64,000 nucleotides of DNA from Callorhinchus milii (lineage: Eukaryota): the NCBI RefSeq assembly GCF_018977255.1, contig NW_024704743.1:33296001-33360000 (forward strand), given 5' to 3'. Shown here piece by piece: positions 25,220-35,588 of this stretch; the stretch's first letter is position 1; every line of letters starts with the position of its first letter. The notes beneath the pieces are model-generated. The model worked only from the letters and a program-made list of their open reading frames with translations. It ran no database searches and had not been told where the DNA came from. A program made the translations under genes and the position numbers.

Positions 25220-28200
25220 CCTTGCATTTGATATAGCGCTTTTCACGTCTTCTGGACGTCTCAAAGCGCTTCACAGAATATACTGTAAAGTGAATTGACT
25301 GTATATTTGTGGGCGAACGCGGCAGCCAATTGCGCACAGCAATGTCCCACAAACAGTCGTAGATTGAAAATGACCAATTTATTATTGTTTTGGGTTTTTG
25401 GAGGGATTATTAGATAAGTAAGGCTGCGATTCTCGATAGACTGAAGAGGCCTAAAATGAACAAATCTCAGAGCGAGCTGTTGATTCAATCTCACTGTTGT
25501 TCTAAAATGCTACACAAATAGAGTAAATCCAGACCCAAGAGAAACAGGACTTGGTGAAGAGGCGTGACAGATAAAATATTCACCTCACTTTCTCTTCTTG
25601 ATACTCGATCCACCTCGTAGACATTTCCATGCTTGTTTTCTTTTTACTGATGCACATTGGATTGCGATCCAACTCAGTTCTCTTTAATTCTAATATTACT
25701 TTGTTTCCTCCAGTCATCAGAATACTTATGAATCAGATGCTAGACAGACCTGAACCATTGCCTGCCTCTAGCCTCTCACAGGTGGTGGTGACCATCTTCC
25801 AATTCGACAGCTATCTGACCAGCCACAACCTTACTGACCTGGGAGATCACCTGGAACAGCTGGCAAATGAAGGTAGTGTATCAGTCTGTCAATGAAGGCA
25901 ATTTATGCTGCATCTATTGATTTCTTCGAAAATATAACTGCAACGACTTGCATTTATATAGCGTACTTCACACAGGATAGCTTCTTGGAGCGCTGAACAG
26001 TAGGTCATTGGATGCCAAGCAAAGGAGAATGGGGAGCTGACCATTGAGTAGTTGAAGATGTAGTGTAGGACATCCCTTTAAGAAGTAAAAGGCAATTCAA
26101 AAGAGCCAATGAGATAAAGACAAATACAAAAGAACACTGGGAATGGGACAAATTAGTGTGGCTTTGGTTAATGGATTGGAGTCCTCTGAGTTGCTAATAA
26201 AGAAATGTATTAACACACCCGGGTTTTGGATTGAAAATGATTACAGGTAGTCCTGAATTTAGGATTTAAAGGTAATTAAGGAGGGATTGAGGCAGAGGGA
26301 TTGAGGCAGGGAGATTGAGGAAAGGAGATTGAGGAAACTATTCACAGGAGTCACTGTAAAGTGTAGTGGCTGCGTATTCTGTAGATGAAAGCCAGACAAG
26401 ATAAGCAACAGTAGAATTGAAGGATCTAGGGGTTGGTGCTTTGAAATGAGCAAATACTTTACAACGCACAATGGTATGTGTAGTGTCTATGCTAGGAGCA
26501 GGAAGATGGTCAGGTACGATTAGTGACGAGGTGGAGAAGATTACCATTGGAATCCAAAGTGTCCCACAGAAGACAGAGTGGGAAGGGTTAAGTCCACGAT
26601 AATAGGGTAGGTTTTGTAAATATTGCTTTAACATTAATCTCAATGGGCCAAATGTCCCCTTCCTGTGCTGCTACTATGCTGCAATACACACAGCCACACC
26701 ACTTTACAGTATATCTTATGACGCGCTTTGAGATGTCTCAACAGAGTAATAAGGTGCTATATCAAATGCAAGGATTATTATATTATTTTTACTGCTCTAA
26801 AAAAAGCTGACTGCTGGGTCATCAGGTTGTCACCATTGTCACTTCTTGTGTACTGTACATATGTAGCATGCATGGGAAGTGAATGGGAGCGCTGCTTGCG
26901 TGCATTGTGAATGGGGTCCACACTGCACTGCACACTGCAACTGCATTAAAATGAAGTTTGTGCTATAAAAACTGGGTTATAACAGGGCTGCGCTTGATCC
27001 GTTTTCAGATGCTTTGCTAATATCACAATATCTAATACTGCTATCTCTTATTCTTCCAGTCTCTCTGGTGCTGACTCTTCAATCTTCACATGTGGAAATG
27101 GTGTTACAAAAGCTGAGGGCGGAGACAGGTCAGAACCTCCAACCTTTGCAGGAGACACTTAAGGCAATAGCTTTCCTTCTGCTGGAAGCCAGCAGAGACC
27201 TTGTCCAGGCCACCACATCTTTCCTTGTTGCAGCTTCACTGAACAAGAATTTCAGAGAAAAGGTACATATGTAGACACTCTTATTTTTTGTTTGTTGGGC
27301 AATCTATGATGGGCTGATCAATAGCACTACTGATCTACGTATGTGTTTGTAATCCTTAATGTAATAATAATCCTTGTATTTGTTACAGTGCTTTATCACA
27401 TCGTTGAGATATCTGAAAGAGGTTCACAGTATTTTCTAATAGTGCCATGGGATCTTTAACATCCATCGGAAGCCCTGTCTGCCTGTTAACATGGACATTA
27501 AAGATTATTAGAAGAGAAGGGAGATTCTCCTGAAAACCTGGTTAGCAGTTTTTAAAATTGATAAAAATAAAATTGATCACTCACCTCATAGCTGTTTGTG
27601 GGACATTGCTGTGCTCAAATTGGCTAAGTTCACTACGAATACAGTCACCACGTGTTACAGAAAATACTGTGAAGCTCTTTGAGACATCTCAATGATGTAT
27701 GGCACTTCTGACAATACACCGTTCCCCCTGCACTGCAGTGTCAGCCTAGACTATAAGCTTAAAGTACTGATGTGGGGATTGAACTCGCACCTTTCTGACT
27801 CAGCCGAGAGTGCTATCCATGAGCCAGACTGACACTGGTAAAATCTGTAAGGTAGTGTTAACAATCAATTCATGGTAGACCCTATTGACCAGGATGTTGT
27901 TTGCCATTCAGTTCACTTGGTATGCAAGTGCAAGAAAGGTGAATATGAAGGGGGAATCCTGTGATATGTAAGCTGCAGGGCAAGTGGTCTTGTTTCTTAT
28001 GCATATTCCAGATCATAAAGATCAGATGGGAAAAGCAATCATTTCCCATTAAAACTCCTTTAGCAGCAAAAATATCTCAGATCTTTTATAATCCCTTCAA
28101 TTGGATTATATCTAACTCTAGATTTTGTTCCATATAAATGAATTAGAAGTGCGAGCAATTGCTTGGATAACCTTTACCTGTGCAGTGCATGGTTCTGTAG

Positions 28201-31043
28201 ATACATCATGATGTATCTAGATGGTGTGGAGCCCTGTAGCTCAGTGATTAGAAGCACTTGCCTCGCAAGCGAGAGGACCTGGGTTCGATCCCGAACACGG
28301 AGAAACATTGGGCAAATTTCCTCACTCCACATGCGTCTGTTTACCTAGCAGTAAATAGGAACCCAATTGTTAGTCAATTGTCGGATCACTTTTCCGGGAG
28401 TAAGAATCCCTTCAAAATAAATAAATAATAATAATAATTTGGTCACTTAATCCAGGACTGTTGCGGAACACTGCTGTGCATAATTGGCTGCTGTGTTTCG
28501 TTCACACAATATACAGTCAATTCCCTTTACAGTATATTCTGTGAAGCGCTTTGAAACATCTCAAAGACGTGATAAGGCGCTATATCAAATGCAAGGATTA
28601 TTATTATTCCTTAGTTGTTGGTAGTTATCAGTATTTGTGAAAAGCATTTCTCTGTTTCACAGGCTGTGATGTATTACACAGAAGCACTGACTCAGCCAAA
28701 CGTAAAGATGCAGAGAGCAGCATGTACAGCGTTGAAATGCATCAAAGTGAGTACGGCTGTTAAAATTAATCCAGTCTCGTTATGGTGTGCTTCAGTATAC
28801 CACGGCTTCAGTTATAACACAGTGGAACATAGAAATCAGTGCAACTGACTTGTTGCTGAGACCATAAAACACTTCTTTATAACGCGGTTTAATTATAATA
28901 GGGGTTAATCTGGTTATAACACGGTTGCCATTCGTGGCACATGCCCACAGCTGGGCCTCTCATTTCCTGTGACTAGAATGGTAGATTTTCAGGTCGAAAT
29001 CACTTCCATGCTTTGTTCATAAACAGGAAGTGGTGGTGGTGGTAACCTGATGACTTAGAGGCTAGTTAGATTTTAATGCGCGAACCAGCTGGCGAGCGGG
29101 GAATGAACATGCCTGCTATAGGCAGGCGCAGTGGCACCAGCTATTGCACTTTGAGTTAGGATTTTATGAATGTGGGGAAGGGTACGAAAATGGAATGAAA
29201 CGGATATCTCTTGCAGAGTCAGCAAAGGCCAATGGTCCAACTGGCCTCCTCCTGTGCTATAAATATCTGTGGTTTTGAAAGCGGTATTACTTGTGGAAAA
29301 ATTAAGTTATCCATTGAATGTGAAGCTTTACTGATGGTGACACATTTGACCATATTCTGATTGTTTTTGTCTTTCCCAGATGTGTGAAAGCATCGACATT
29401 CTGGTGAGTCTGTGCCAGTCTGAGCGAGAAGTGATACGGCAAAGTGCAGCAGAATCACTCCTCTCACTAGGTGAGTCTCGCCATCGTTATGTGTGAATGA
29501 AATACTACAAAATACACAGACACCTATAAAATACGTACCTTCAGCCACATCTCTCTTTGTAACTCTTTGCCTCAACCCCTCTGCCTTGCCGGCCTCAAAT
29601 CACACCTGAAGACTTTCCTCTTCGACCATGTTTTTGGTCACCTCCATGGCTCAGTCGGTGTGAAGCTCCACCATTGTTTAACTTTCTGACATGCTACCAA
29701 GCGTGAAGGTGTGATGTAAATGCAAGTTTTTGTTATTCTTCACAGTTGCCTACAAAATTGTAGAATTACTTAAATCCGTGACTCTGCGGGGAAGTATGAA
29801 CTGACACAAACTCTCAATTTGCTTCAATTAGTAAATTTTAATAAAGGTTAGTGAGGTTCTACATATCAAGGTTATATGTTTTTACATGAATAAATTAATG
29901 CTTATGACAGGTTAGTACAGTTCACTGCAATGAGTTGATCAGACCAATGCAGTGGCTTTGATGGAGCAATCGACTTGTTGTATTGATCCATGTTGATTGC
30001 AGTCTATCTCTCTTTCCTCAAGATTGGTTGCAGTTAGCTACTCTGTTCCCAGAACTCAGCTCTTCCGATTTAAACCCAAAATCTCTTTTTTATACCTTTT
30101 TGGTCACGTACGCCAGTCTGTTCAATGCGTTGTTCGAAACACAGGCTTCAAACCAAGGACAAACTTTATCTTCCATGGCGAAGGAAACCTGAGTTCTTTA
30201 TTCTTCCATTTGTCCTTGAGCTTCATGCATTTGCATCATATAGTCAGCCTTTATGAAGTAAACAACTCCATGAGTCTGCGATTTTCTTTGGTCAACTAAA
30301 GACAACCCAGAATTCTGGGATTGCTTAGAAAATACACAGTAACTACATATCACAGTAACTTCTTTGAAGTGTTAGAGACATCCTCCTAACATGCAAAACA
30401 CTATATCAAATGCAGGGATTATTATAACACAGGGTTGTGACTGAGGGAATGACTCAGTTTATGCTCCTGGGCTGGAAGTGAAGCATGAAAGCAGATGATT
30501 GTCTAGTTTTTAGAGGACAAGTTTAGGTGTAAATACAAGGAGAATGTGTGCAATGGGGAAAGCAAAGAGGGATGGTCGAGGCAGAGGGATTTCAAAAGAG
30601 GCTCATGAACATGGGCAAAGTGTCTTGAAGTTCACCTGCCGATGGAAGATCCATGATGTATGAAAAATTGCCCTCAAATGTGGAACAAAATACGCCATTA
30701 ATGTAACATTTCAGAGGCAAATTGTTGAATTCAGTTTTAATTTTGAAATCGGTTTCCAGTAGATCGTAAAGGAACTTGCAAAAAACTAGCTTGAAAATGT
30801 AACGACTGTGTTTAAGAATTTGACAAATTCGGGACATTTGGAAAAGCTGCGTTAACAGAGTTGTCTTCTGCGTAATACTGGATATTGAAAACGCATCTAT
30901 GATCCGCAGTCACTCTCATTTTTTCATTTCTATCTTCCATAGGAGAGGAAGGTCGCTTGGCATACGAACAGCTTGACAAAGTCCCTCAAGAAATTGTGCG
31001 ACTTGCAGGGAGACGGAGCAATGCGGTCAGCACTGCGTTTTAA
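947..31043 (+). CDS. RIPOR2: RHO family interacting cell polarization regulator 2 (FAM65B), 5'-partial spliced gene; 16 coding exons in window, 2625 nt = 874 aa + stop
   Basis: Exons join in one frame with consistent phases. Motifs match vertebrate RIPOR2 as recalled: [144 protein letters not shown]. The adjacent ARMH2 supports RIPOR2 over RIPOR1/3. Confidence 0.96.
1360..1985 (+). mobile_element. Deu-domain tRNA-SINE interrupted by a - strand L2 3' fragment (~1696-1845)
   Basis: tRNA-like head (GGTTCAAGTCCC); GATGAGACGTTAAAC...AAAGATCCCATG Deu-like core; ATCAAATGCA.GGATTATT tail. Confidence 0.65.
3032..3075 (+). CDS. RIPOR2: RIPOR2 exon ([15 protein letters not shown])
   Basis: ctgcAG acceptor; GAA|GTAAGT donor; phase 1 to 0. 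Confidence 0.95.
3532..3657 (+). CDS. RIPOR2: RIPOR2 exon ([17 protein letters not shown]...LFSIK)
   Basis: ctcaAG acceptor; AAG|GTACTT donor; 42 codons. Confidence 0.95.
5545..5693 (+). CDS. RIPOR2: RIPOR2 exon ([24 protein letters not shown]...NLEVTW-Y)
   Basis: ccctAG acceptor; TA|GTAAGT donor; split TAT codon completed by next exon. Confidence 0.94.
6925..7054 (+). CDS. RIPOR2: RIPOR2 exon ([12 protein letters not shown]...[13 protein letters not shown])
   Basis: ttctttatctgcAG acceptor; TTT|GTAAAT donor; phase 2 to 0. Confidence 0.92.
8126..8272 (+). CDS. RIPOR2: RIPOR2 probable cassette exon (KCLQPPED...[20 protein letters not shown]...LELY)
   Basis: 147 nt, phase 0-0; TAT|GTGAGT donor; weak acceptor (a second in-frame AG would start the exon at 8138); resembles human [20 protein letters not shown]. 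Confidence 0.85.
8316..8347 (+). repeat. (TG)n microsatellite
   Basis: Direct reading. Confidence 0.9.
10579..11274 (+). CDS. RIPOR2: RIPOR2 large central exon (232 codons)
   Basis: Lies within ORF 10573-11298; ttgcAG acceptor; AAG|GTCAGC donor; NPEITVTP and [12 protein letters not shown] motifs. Confidence 0.96.
12499..12805 (-). mobile_element. tRNA-derived SINE, short subfamily
   Basis: A/B-box head and (TAT)n tail; near-identical to 33935-34256 and 51361-51673. Confidence 0.85.
13613..13960 (-). mobile_element. L2 LINE 3' fragment inserted in an older SINE
   Basis: Translates to ...PTFWNSIP...[18 protein letters not shown]2 tail; older SINE pieces at ~13380-13590 and ~13985-14020. Confidence 0.8.
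15410..15576 (+). CDS. RIPOR2: RIPOR2 exon ([27 protein letters not shown]...)
   Basis: cttgcAG acceptor; GG|GTAAGT donor. Confidence 0.96.
16845..17455 (+). mobile_element. L2 LINE 3' fragment, degenerate
   Basis: [11 protein letters not shown]...LWNSIP; (TTG)n tail. Confidence 0.85.
19562..19727 (+). CDS. RIPOR2: RIPOR2 exon ([22 protein letters not shown]...CDQLLQ)
   Basis: CAGCAG tandem acceptor (start 19562 or 19565); CAG|GTACTG donor. Confidence 0.94.
20195..21383 (+). mobile_element. 5'-truncated L2 LINE with decayed RT
   Basis: [13 protein letters not shown]...[21 protein letters not shown]; stops and frameshifts; (TTG)n tail. Confidence 0.92.
21954..22089 (+). CDS. RIPOR2: RIPOR2 exon (RLMSLDEYP...LLEKISQQ...SAVE)
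   Basis: cgacAG acceptor; AAG|GTGAGC donor; phase 0 to 1. Confidence 0.92.
24612..24773 (+). CDS. RIPOR2: RIPOR2 exon ([19 protein letters not shown]...CPGHSDT)
   Basis: ttttatctacAG acceptor; CAG|GTACTT donor; phase 1-1. Confidence 0.92.
25168..25415 (-). mobile_element. tRNA-SINE 3' part with long (TAA)n
   Basis: Near-identical to the body of 33935-34256. Confidence 0.85.
25714..25872 (+). CDS. RIPOR2: RIPOR2 exon ([15 protein letters not shown]...[10 protein letters not shown]...LEQLANE)
   Basis: ttcctccAG acceptor; AAG|GTAGTG donor; phase 1-1. Confidence 0.93.
27060..27262 (+). CDS. RIPOR2: RIPOR2 exon (VSLVLTLQS...[11 protein letters not shown]...NKNFREK)
   Basis: ttcttccAG acceptor; AAG|GTACAT donor. 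Confidence 0.93.
28226..28607 (+). mobile_element. Full-length tRNA-derived SINE, long subfamily
   Basis: GTAGCTCAGTG A-box, GGTTCGATCCC B-box, CTGTTTACCTAGCAGTAAATAGG core, (TAT)n tail. Confidence 0.88.
28663..28746 (+). CDS. RIPOR2: RIPOR2 exon ([28 protein letters not shown])
   Basis: tttcacAG acceptor; AAA|GTGAGT donor. Confidence 0.94.
29380..29470 (+). CDS. RIPOR2: RIPOR2 exon ([30 protein letters not shown])
   Basis: ctttcccAG acceptor; TAG|GTGAGT donor; ARM/HEAT-like C-terminal region. Confidence 0.93.
30943..31043 (+). CDS. RIPOR2: RIPOR2 last coding exon ([33 protein letters not shown])
   Basis: tcttccatAG acceptor; TAA at 31041-31043. Confidence 0.96.
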
Positions 31044-32585
31044 CGCAAGCTCTTGCCAAAGTGTCCTTCACTGTTACAGACTGCTCAGCCAGCTGGAGCT
31101 CTGTGTTAAAGATCTGCCACAGCAGCAGATGGAAGAGAAGCAGAGACTACATGCCCAGATGAGAGATCTTGGACCACAAAAGATGCACCTTCCCCGACAC
31201 AAGTTAGACTGTGATATGCACTGAAAATAAGGCTAACCAACCGATGTGAGAGTTATCTCATGCAAACTTACTTTACCAAAGTTTATTTGAACTAACGAAA
31301 AAAATGAAGTTTTTGTGTTAAATTATTTATAATTCCAAAGTTCTGACAGCTGGATTTCCCCGTTTCTCTTATTTTGTCAGAGTTCACATTAGCATTATTT
31401 TTAAACTTGAACAAATAGGGGTACAGCATGTGACCCCTGAGTGGCTAGCACAGGAGAGATGTAGGTGAATATTGTGTGAAGGGTGGAGTGGGAGGGAGTC
31501 TCCCAGAAGTGGACTCTGGGCTTTTAGTTTCTATGTATCTATATATACCATCTACCGGTTTGTGTTCTTGCTTTCTATTGCCTTTCCAGGTCACATTGCC
31601 TTGATGTCAGGAGGTACTGGCGCTATAGTGCAAAGAGCGCTTGTGGCAAGGGAGTTGCAGTTATGCTATTAGTCCTTTGAAGTTCGCATCAGTGACATAC
31701 TTGCAGAGTTGGGCAATTTACTTTTGCCTTAGAGGAGTTTTAGCAGCGGAAGGGAAAAGTACTCTGCAGAAGATGACAATATAAACATGTAGTGCAGTAC
31801 CTGTGGATATTGTAAATATGTAGCATGTTTTTTTGATTGCAAATCAATGTCGGGCAGATTTCTCCTCCAAACAAACTGTAAAATAAATGGAGCGGAGATG
31901 TCAGTTTTGAAATGTTTCAGATCACGGATTTATTGTAGCAATGCGAAGTCTGGAAACCCACCCAGTTTTGCCCTGTGAGACCATTTTGTTCGTACAATTT
32001 AAGATTGTGCAGAAGTTCGGACAATTCTGTCCTATCTTGGAAGCTGTTTTTCCTGAAGTTCTTAAAAATAAAAAAAATTGCTTTGTATAAAGATCGAATT
32101 TAAGAATTTGCTACAGTTCGCGATTCCACAAATCATAAAGTTGAAGATGAAATAGTCTTAGAGGATAAGACAATGTGGAATTTCAGGCCAGTGACTTTGG
32201 TCCTATTTATAATGTTATTATGATGCATGGTTTACCTGTGGAGTATCAGGTAAGCAGAAACTGAGGTCTATAAGAGTCTAATTCTGAACCATGTAGTTGT
32301 TAAAGATGTAATTAAACCTGTGGTTAAATATTCTGCTGTTAAGTAATCTAAACTAAAGTTACATTTCTTTGCCTTGTTATAAGTGATTGTTCCCAAGGAA
32401 AAGCTACAATCCTTTTGTTCTTCCTAAATGGCATTTTTAAAATAAAAAAAACTGATGCATTATTTCCCTACTAGCATATGTAATCCTTGTTCTATTGTCT
32501 TTGTAACGTAATGAAAAAGCAATATGTATTCATCGCTCGCATGGATGACAATTTTTCATTAAATAAATAGCGGCTAAGTGGATTG
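31044..32585 (+). other. Probable RIPOR2 3' UTR
   Basis: AT-rich and free of LINE/SINE tails; several AATAAA hexamers, the last being overlapping ATTAAA/AATAAA at 32558-32567; end position inferred. Confidence 0.6.
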
Positions 32586-33347
32586 CCTGGAGCAGCACTA
32601 AGCCAAATACAGCTATTTCCTTCTCTGGCCTCTGTTTAGTTACATGACTTCCACACGTTGACATTGGGGACTTTGACTGACATCATTCTCCCACCTAGGC
32701 TACAAAAGGAAATAAATAGACGGTGCTCCTACTCCTGAGTCACTATCGAGTGACCTTACTGCAAAGTCCACATGTGGGATGTCTTTCCAACGTGAAAGGT
32801 GCTATACAAGTGTATATGTTGTTGTTGTCAATGTAAGGTGAAAATAGAAATTGGCTTTGGGTACAACAACAACTTGCATTCATATAGCGCCCTTCACGCG
32901 GGGTAGAGTCCTGGAGCACTTGACAGTGGCAGAGTCTGACCCCAAGCCAGGGGCAGAGGGAGGGATGAGGTGACAGCAAGCACAATCAAAAAGGATCAAA
33001 ATTGGTCACTTCAATCCGCAAGTGTTTGTGGGACACTGCTGTACACAATTGGTTGGTGCGTTTCCCCTACAAAATTAATTATATTGACTGTCTAGAAGAT
33101 GTGAAAAGTGCTATATCAAATGCAAGGATTATTATTATTAAAGTATGTCAAATTAAGCTGACTGGCTGGATAGAGAGATGGTTTGAGAGAAAACAGAGTA
33201 GCGAAAAAAAAGGATGAGTCTTAGACCTAGAAGAAATATATGTTGAGTGGGGTTCCTTGTGTTAAGGTCGCTCGTATGTACTACAACATTTACCTAAATG
33301 ATCAGGATTGAGGGGTAATATCAAATTTTGCTGATAATATCTATCAT

Positions 33348-33715
33348 GTGGAGTCCTGTAGCTCAGTGGTTAGAGCGCTCGCCTCACATGCGAGAGAACC
33401 TGGGTTTGATTCCCGGCAGGGTGAAACGTTGGGCAAGTTTTCTTACTGCACACGCCTCTGTTTACCTAGCAGTAAATAGGAACCTGGTTGTTAGTCGATT
33501 GGTGAATCGCTTTTCCGGGGGTGATAATTCCTCAAAAAAAAATTGGTCATTTCAATTCCCAACTGTTTGTGGGATACTGCTGTGCACAATTGACTGCTGC
33601 GTTTCACCCACAAAATATACAGTGAACTCACTTTACAGTGTATTCTGTGAAGTGCTTTGAGATGTTTTGAAGATGTAATAAGGCACTATATCGAATGCAA
33701 GTACTATTATTATTA
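33348..33715 (+). mobile_element. Full-length tRNA-derived SINE, long subfamily
   Basis: Same structure as 28226-28607. Confidence 0.88.
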
Positions 33716-33934
33716 TCCAAAACCTTCATAAACTTGAAGGCCTCTATCAAGTCACCTCTTACCTTTTTTAGTTCTGGTGAAAATATCCTCACTTTCTCAC
33801 ATTTATCTTCATAACTGAACCCCTCATCCATCGTAACATCCCGATGTTATACACTGAATCTTACGTATTTAATTTTAATACTTCTTATAATGTAATGCCT
33901 AAGACTGTACACAATACTTCCCACAGTAACAACA

Positions 33935-34256
33935 TAATAATAATAATAATCCTTGCATTTGATATAGCGCTTTTCACGTTGGGAAGACGTCCCAAAGCGC
34001 TTCACAAAACACACTGTAAAGTGAATTGACTGTATATTTGTGGGCGAACGCGGCAGCCAATTGCGCACAGCAATGTCCCACAAACAGTCGTAGATTGAAA
34101 ATGACCAATTTTATTATTGTTTTTGGTTTTGGAGGGATTATTATTAGGCGTGTGGAGTAAGGAAACTTGCCCAAGGTTTCACCCTCTGCCTGGAATTGAA
34201 CTCAGGTCTCTCGCTTGCAAAGCAAGTGCTCTAACCACTGAGCTACAGGACTCCAC
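33935..34256 (-). mobile_element. Full-length tRNA-derived SINE, short subfamily
   Basis: Head GTGGAGTCCTGTAGCTCAGTGG on the - strand; (TAT)n tail; ~300 bp upstream of the ARMH2 ATG. Confidence 0.88.
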
Positions 34257-34563
34257 AGATTAAGATTAACATTAAGATCTAGTACAAATTCAGCTTCACC
34301 TACTGCTTACTTTTTTATTCTACAACTCTAGATATGAAAACATCCAGCTTGATGGATAAAATTCATCAACACCACTCAAATAAAGGACAGAATGGTATTA
34401 CATCACATGGTCGTATCACAATCACATGTGCTTTGTTACCCTTCCTGTGTTTGTCATCATTTTCCTTCTCTATTGATTCTAACACAATCACTGTAGATGT
34501 TAATGTTGCTGAATCACGAAACCACTCTGGTGAATAATCATTGAATGATCTGCTGTGTAAAAC

Positions 34564-34771
34564 ATGTTCCAACAGTTAAAGAGAATTTATAACATTTACA
34601 TCAAACCTAATATATTTTGGAAAATGAAGGAAGAGGAAAAATTTTGGGACTTGGAGGAGAACATGCAGATCTTGCAGATGGAAGCCTTGGGCGACGTACT
34701 GATCAATAATACGTTGCCGTTAAACAAAAGACTCACAGCAGCTGCCTCCATTGGCTTCATGAGTTTTACAG
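34564..34771 (+). CDS. ARMH2: Armadillo-like helical domain containing 2 (C6orf229), exon 1
   Basis: MFQQLKRIYN...LGDVLINNTLPLNKRLTAAASIGFMSFT-G; ACAG|GTTTGC phase-1 donor; resembles mammalian ARMH2 (KR..AA..IGLLAFTGGP); same position relative to RIPOR2 as in human. Confidence 0.85.
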
Positions 34772-34913
34772 GTTTGCCAGTTTACTGGAGTGTTTCAAAA
34801 TTCACTTCCTTATAATATCAACAGTAGCAGGTCAAGATATTTTGGGCACAGGGGGTAATTTTATAAGAGGGCACGTTCCCTTTGCCTTGTAAAACATTTC
34901 CCTTGCTTTCTTC

Positions 34914-35123
34914 AGGCACGTCTCAAGACCCTCCTCTTTGACCGTGCCTCCGGCCACCCTCCTACCCCTACCCTCTCTGGCTTCCATCCATCCTGATCAC
35001 TCCCCCCCACCCCCCCCCCACACCCGCTCAAGTCCAAATCCCTGACTGTCCAGCCCCTTGAGACGTCCCCTCGACGTGAAAGGCACTATTCATATGTGAT
35101 TTTGTATTGTATTGTATTGTATT
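34914..35123 (+). mobile_element. L2 3' end with (TTGTA)n tail
   Basis: CTCAAGACCCTCCTCTTTGACCGTGCC...GACGTGAAAGGC. Confidence 0.8.
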
Positions 35124-35160
35124 GGGACACGAAATACTTCGCCAAAGGTGATGGTCAAAG

Positions 35161-35588
35161 CTGTGACATCATGAGGTTCCACTCTGTGACATCATGAGGA
35201 TCCACTCTGTGACATCATGAGGATCCACTCTGTGACATCATGAGGTTCCACTCTGTGACATCATGAGGTTCCACTCTGGGACATCATGAGGTTCCACTCT
35301 GTGACATCATGAGGTTCCACTCTGCGACATCACGAGGTTCCACTCTGTGACATCATGAGGTTCCACTCTGCGACAGCATGAGGTTCCACTCTGTGACATC
35401 ATGAGGTTCCACTCTGCGACAGCATGAGGTTCCACTCTGTGACATCATGAGGTTCCACTCTGCGACAGCATGAGGTTCCACTCTGCGACAGCATGAGGTT
35501 CCACTCTGTGACATCATGAGGTTCCACTCTGCGACAGCATGAGGTTCCACTCTGCGACAGCATGAGGTTCCACTCTGCGACAGCATGA
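35161..35588. repeat. 23-bp minisatellite, ~18.6 copies (CTGTGACATCATGAGGTTCCACT / CTGCGACAGCATGAGGTTCCACT)
   Basis: Exact 23-bp periodicity counted from 35161 to 35575. Confidence 0.97.

Noticed and set aside
30973..31224. 83-aa ORF overlapping the RIPOR2 stop
   Set aside because: It is an alternative frame over the last exon and UTR, starts at TTG, and has no independent support.
33348..33425. tRNA genes (also 28226, 34180-34256, 51600-51673)
   Set aside because: These are tRNA-like SINE heads continuous with SINE bodies and tails, with no complete acceptor stem.
35161..35588. CRISPR array or repeat protein (ORF 35353-35643)
   Set aside because: Units are head-to-tail with no unique spacers, there are no cas genes, and it lies in a vertebrate intron; the ORF is a by-product of the repeat.
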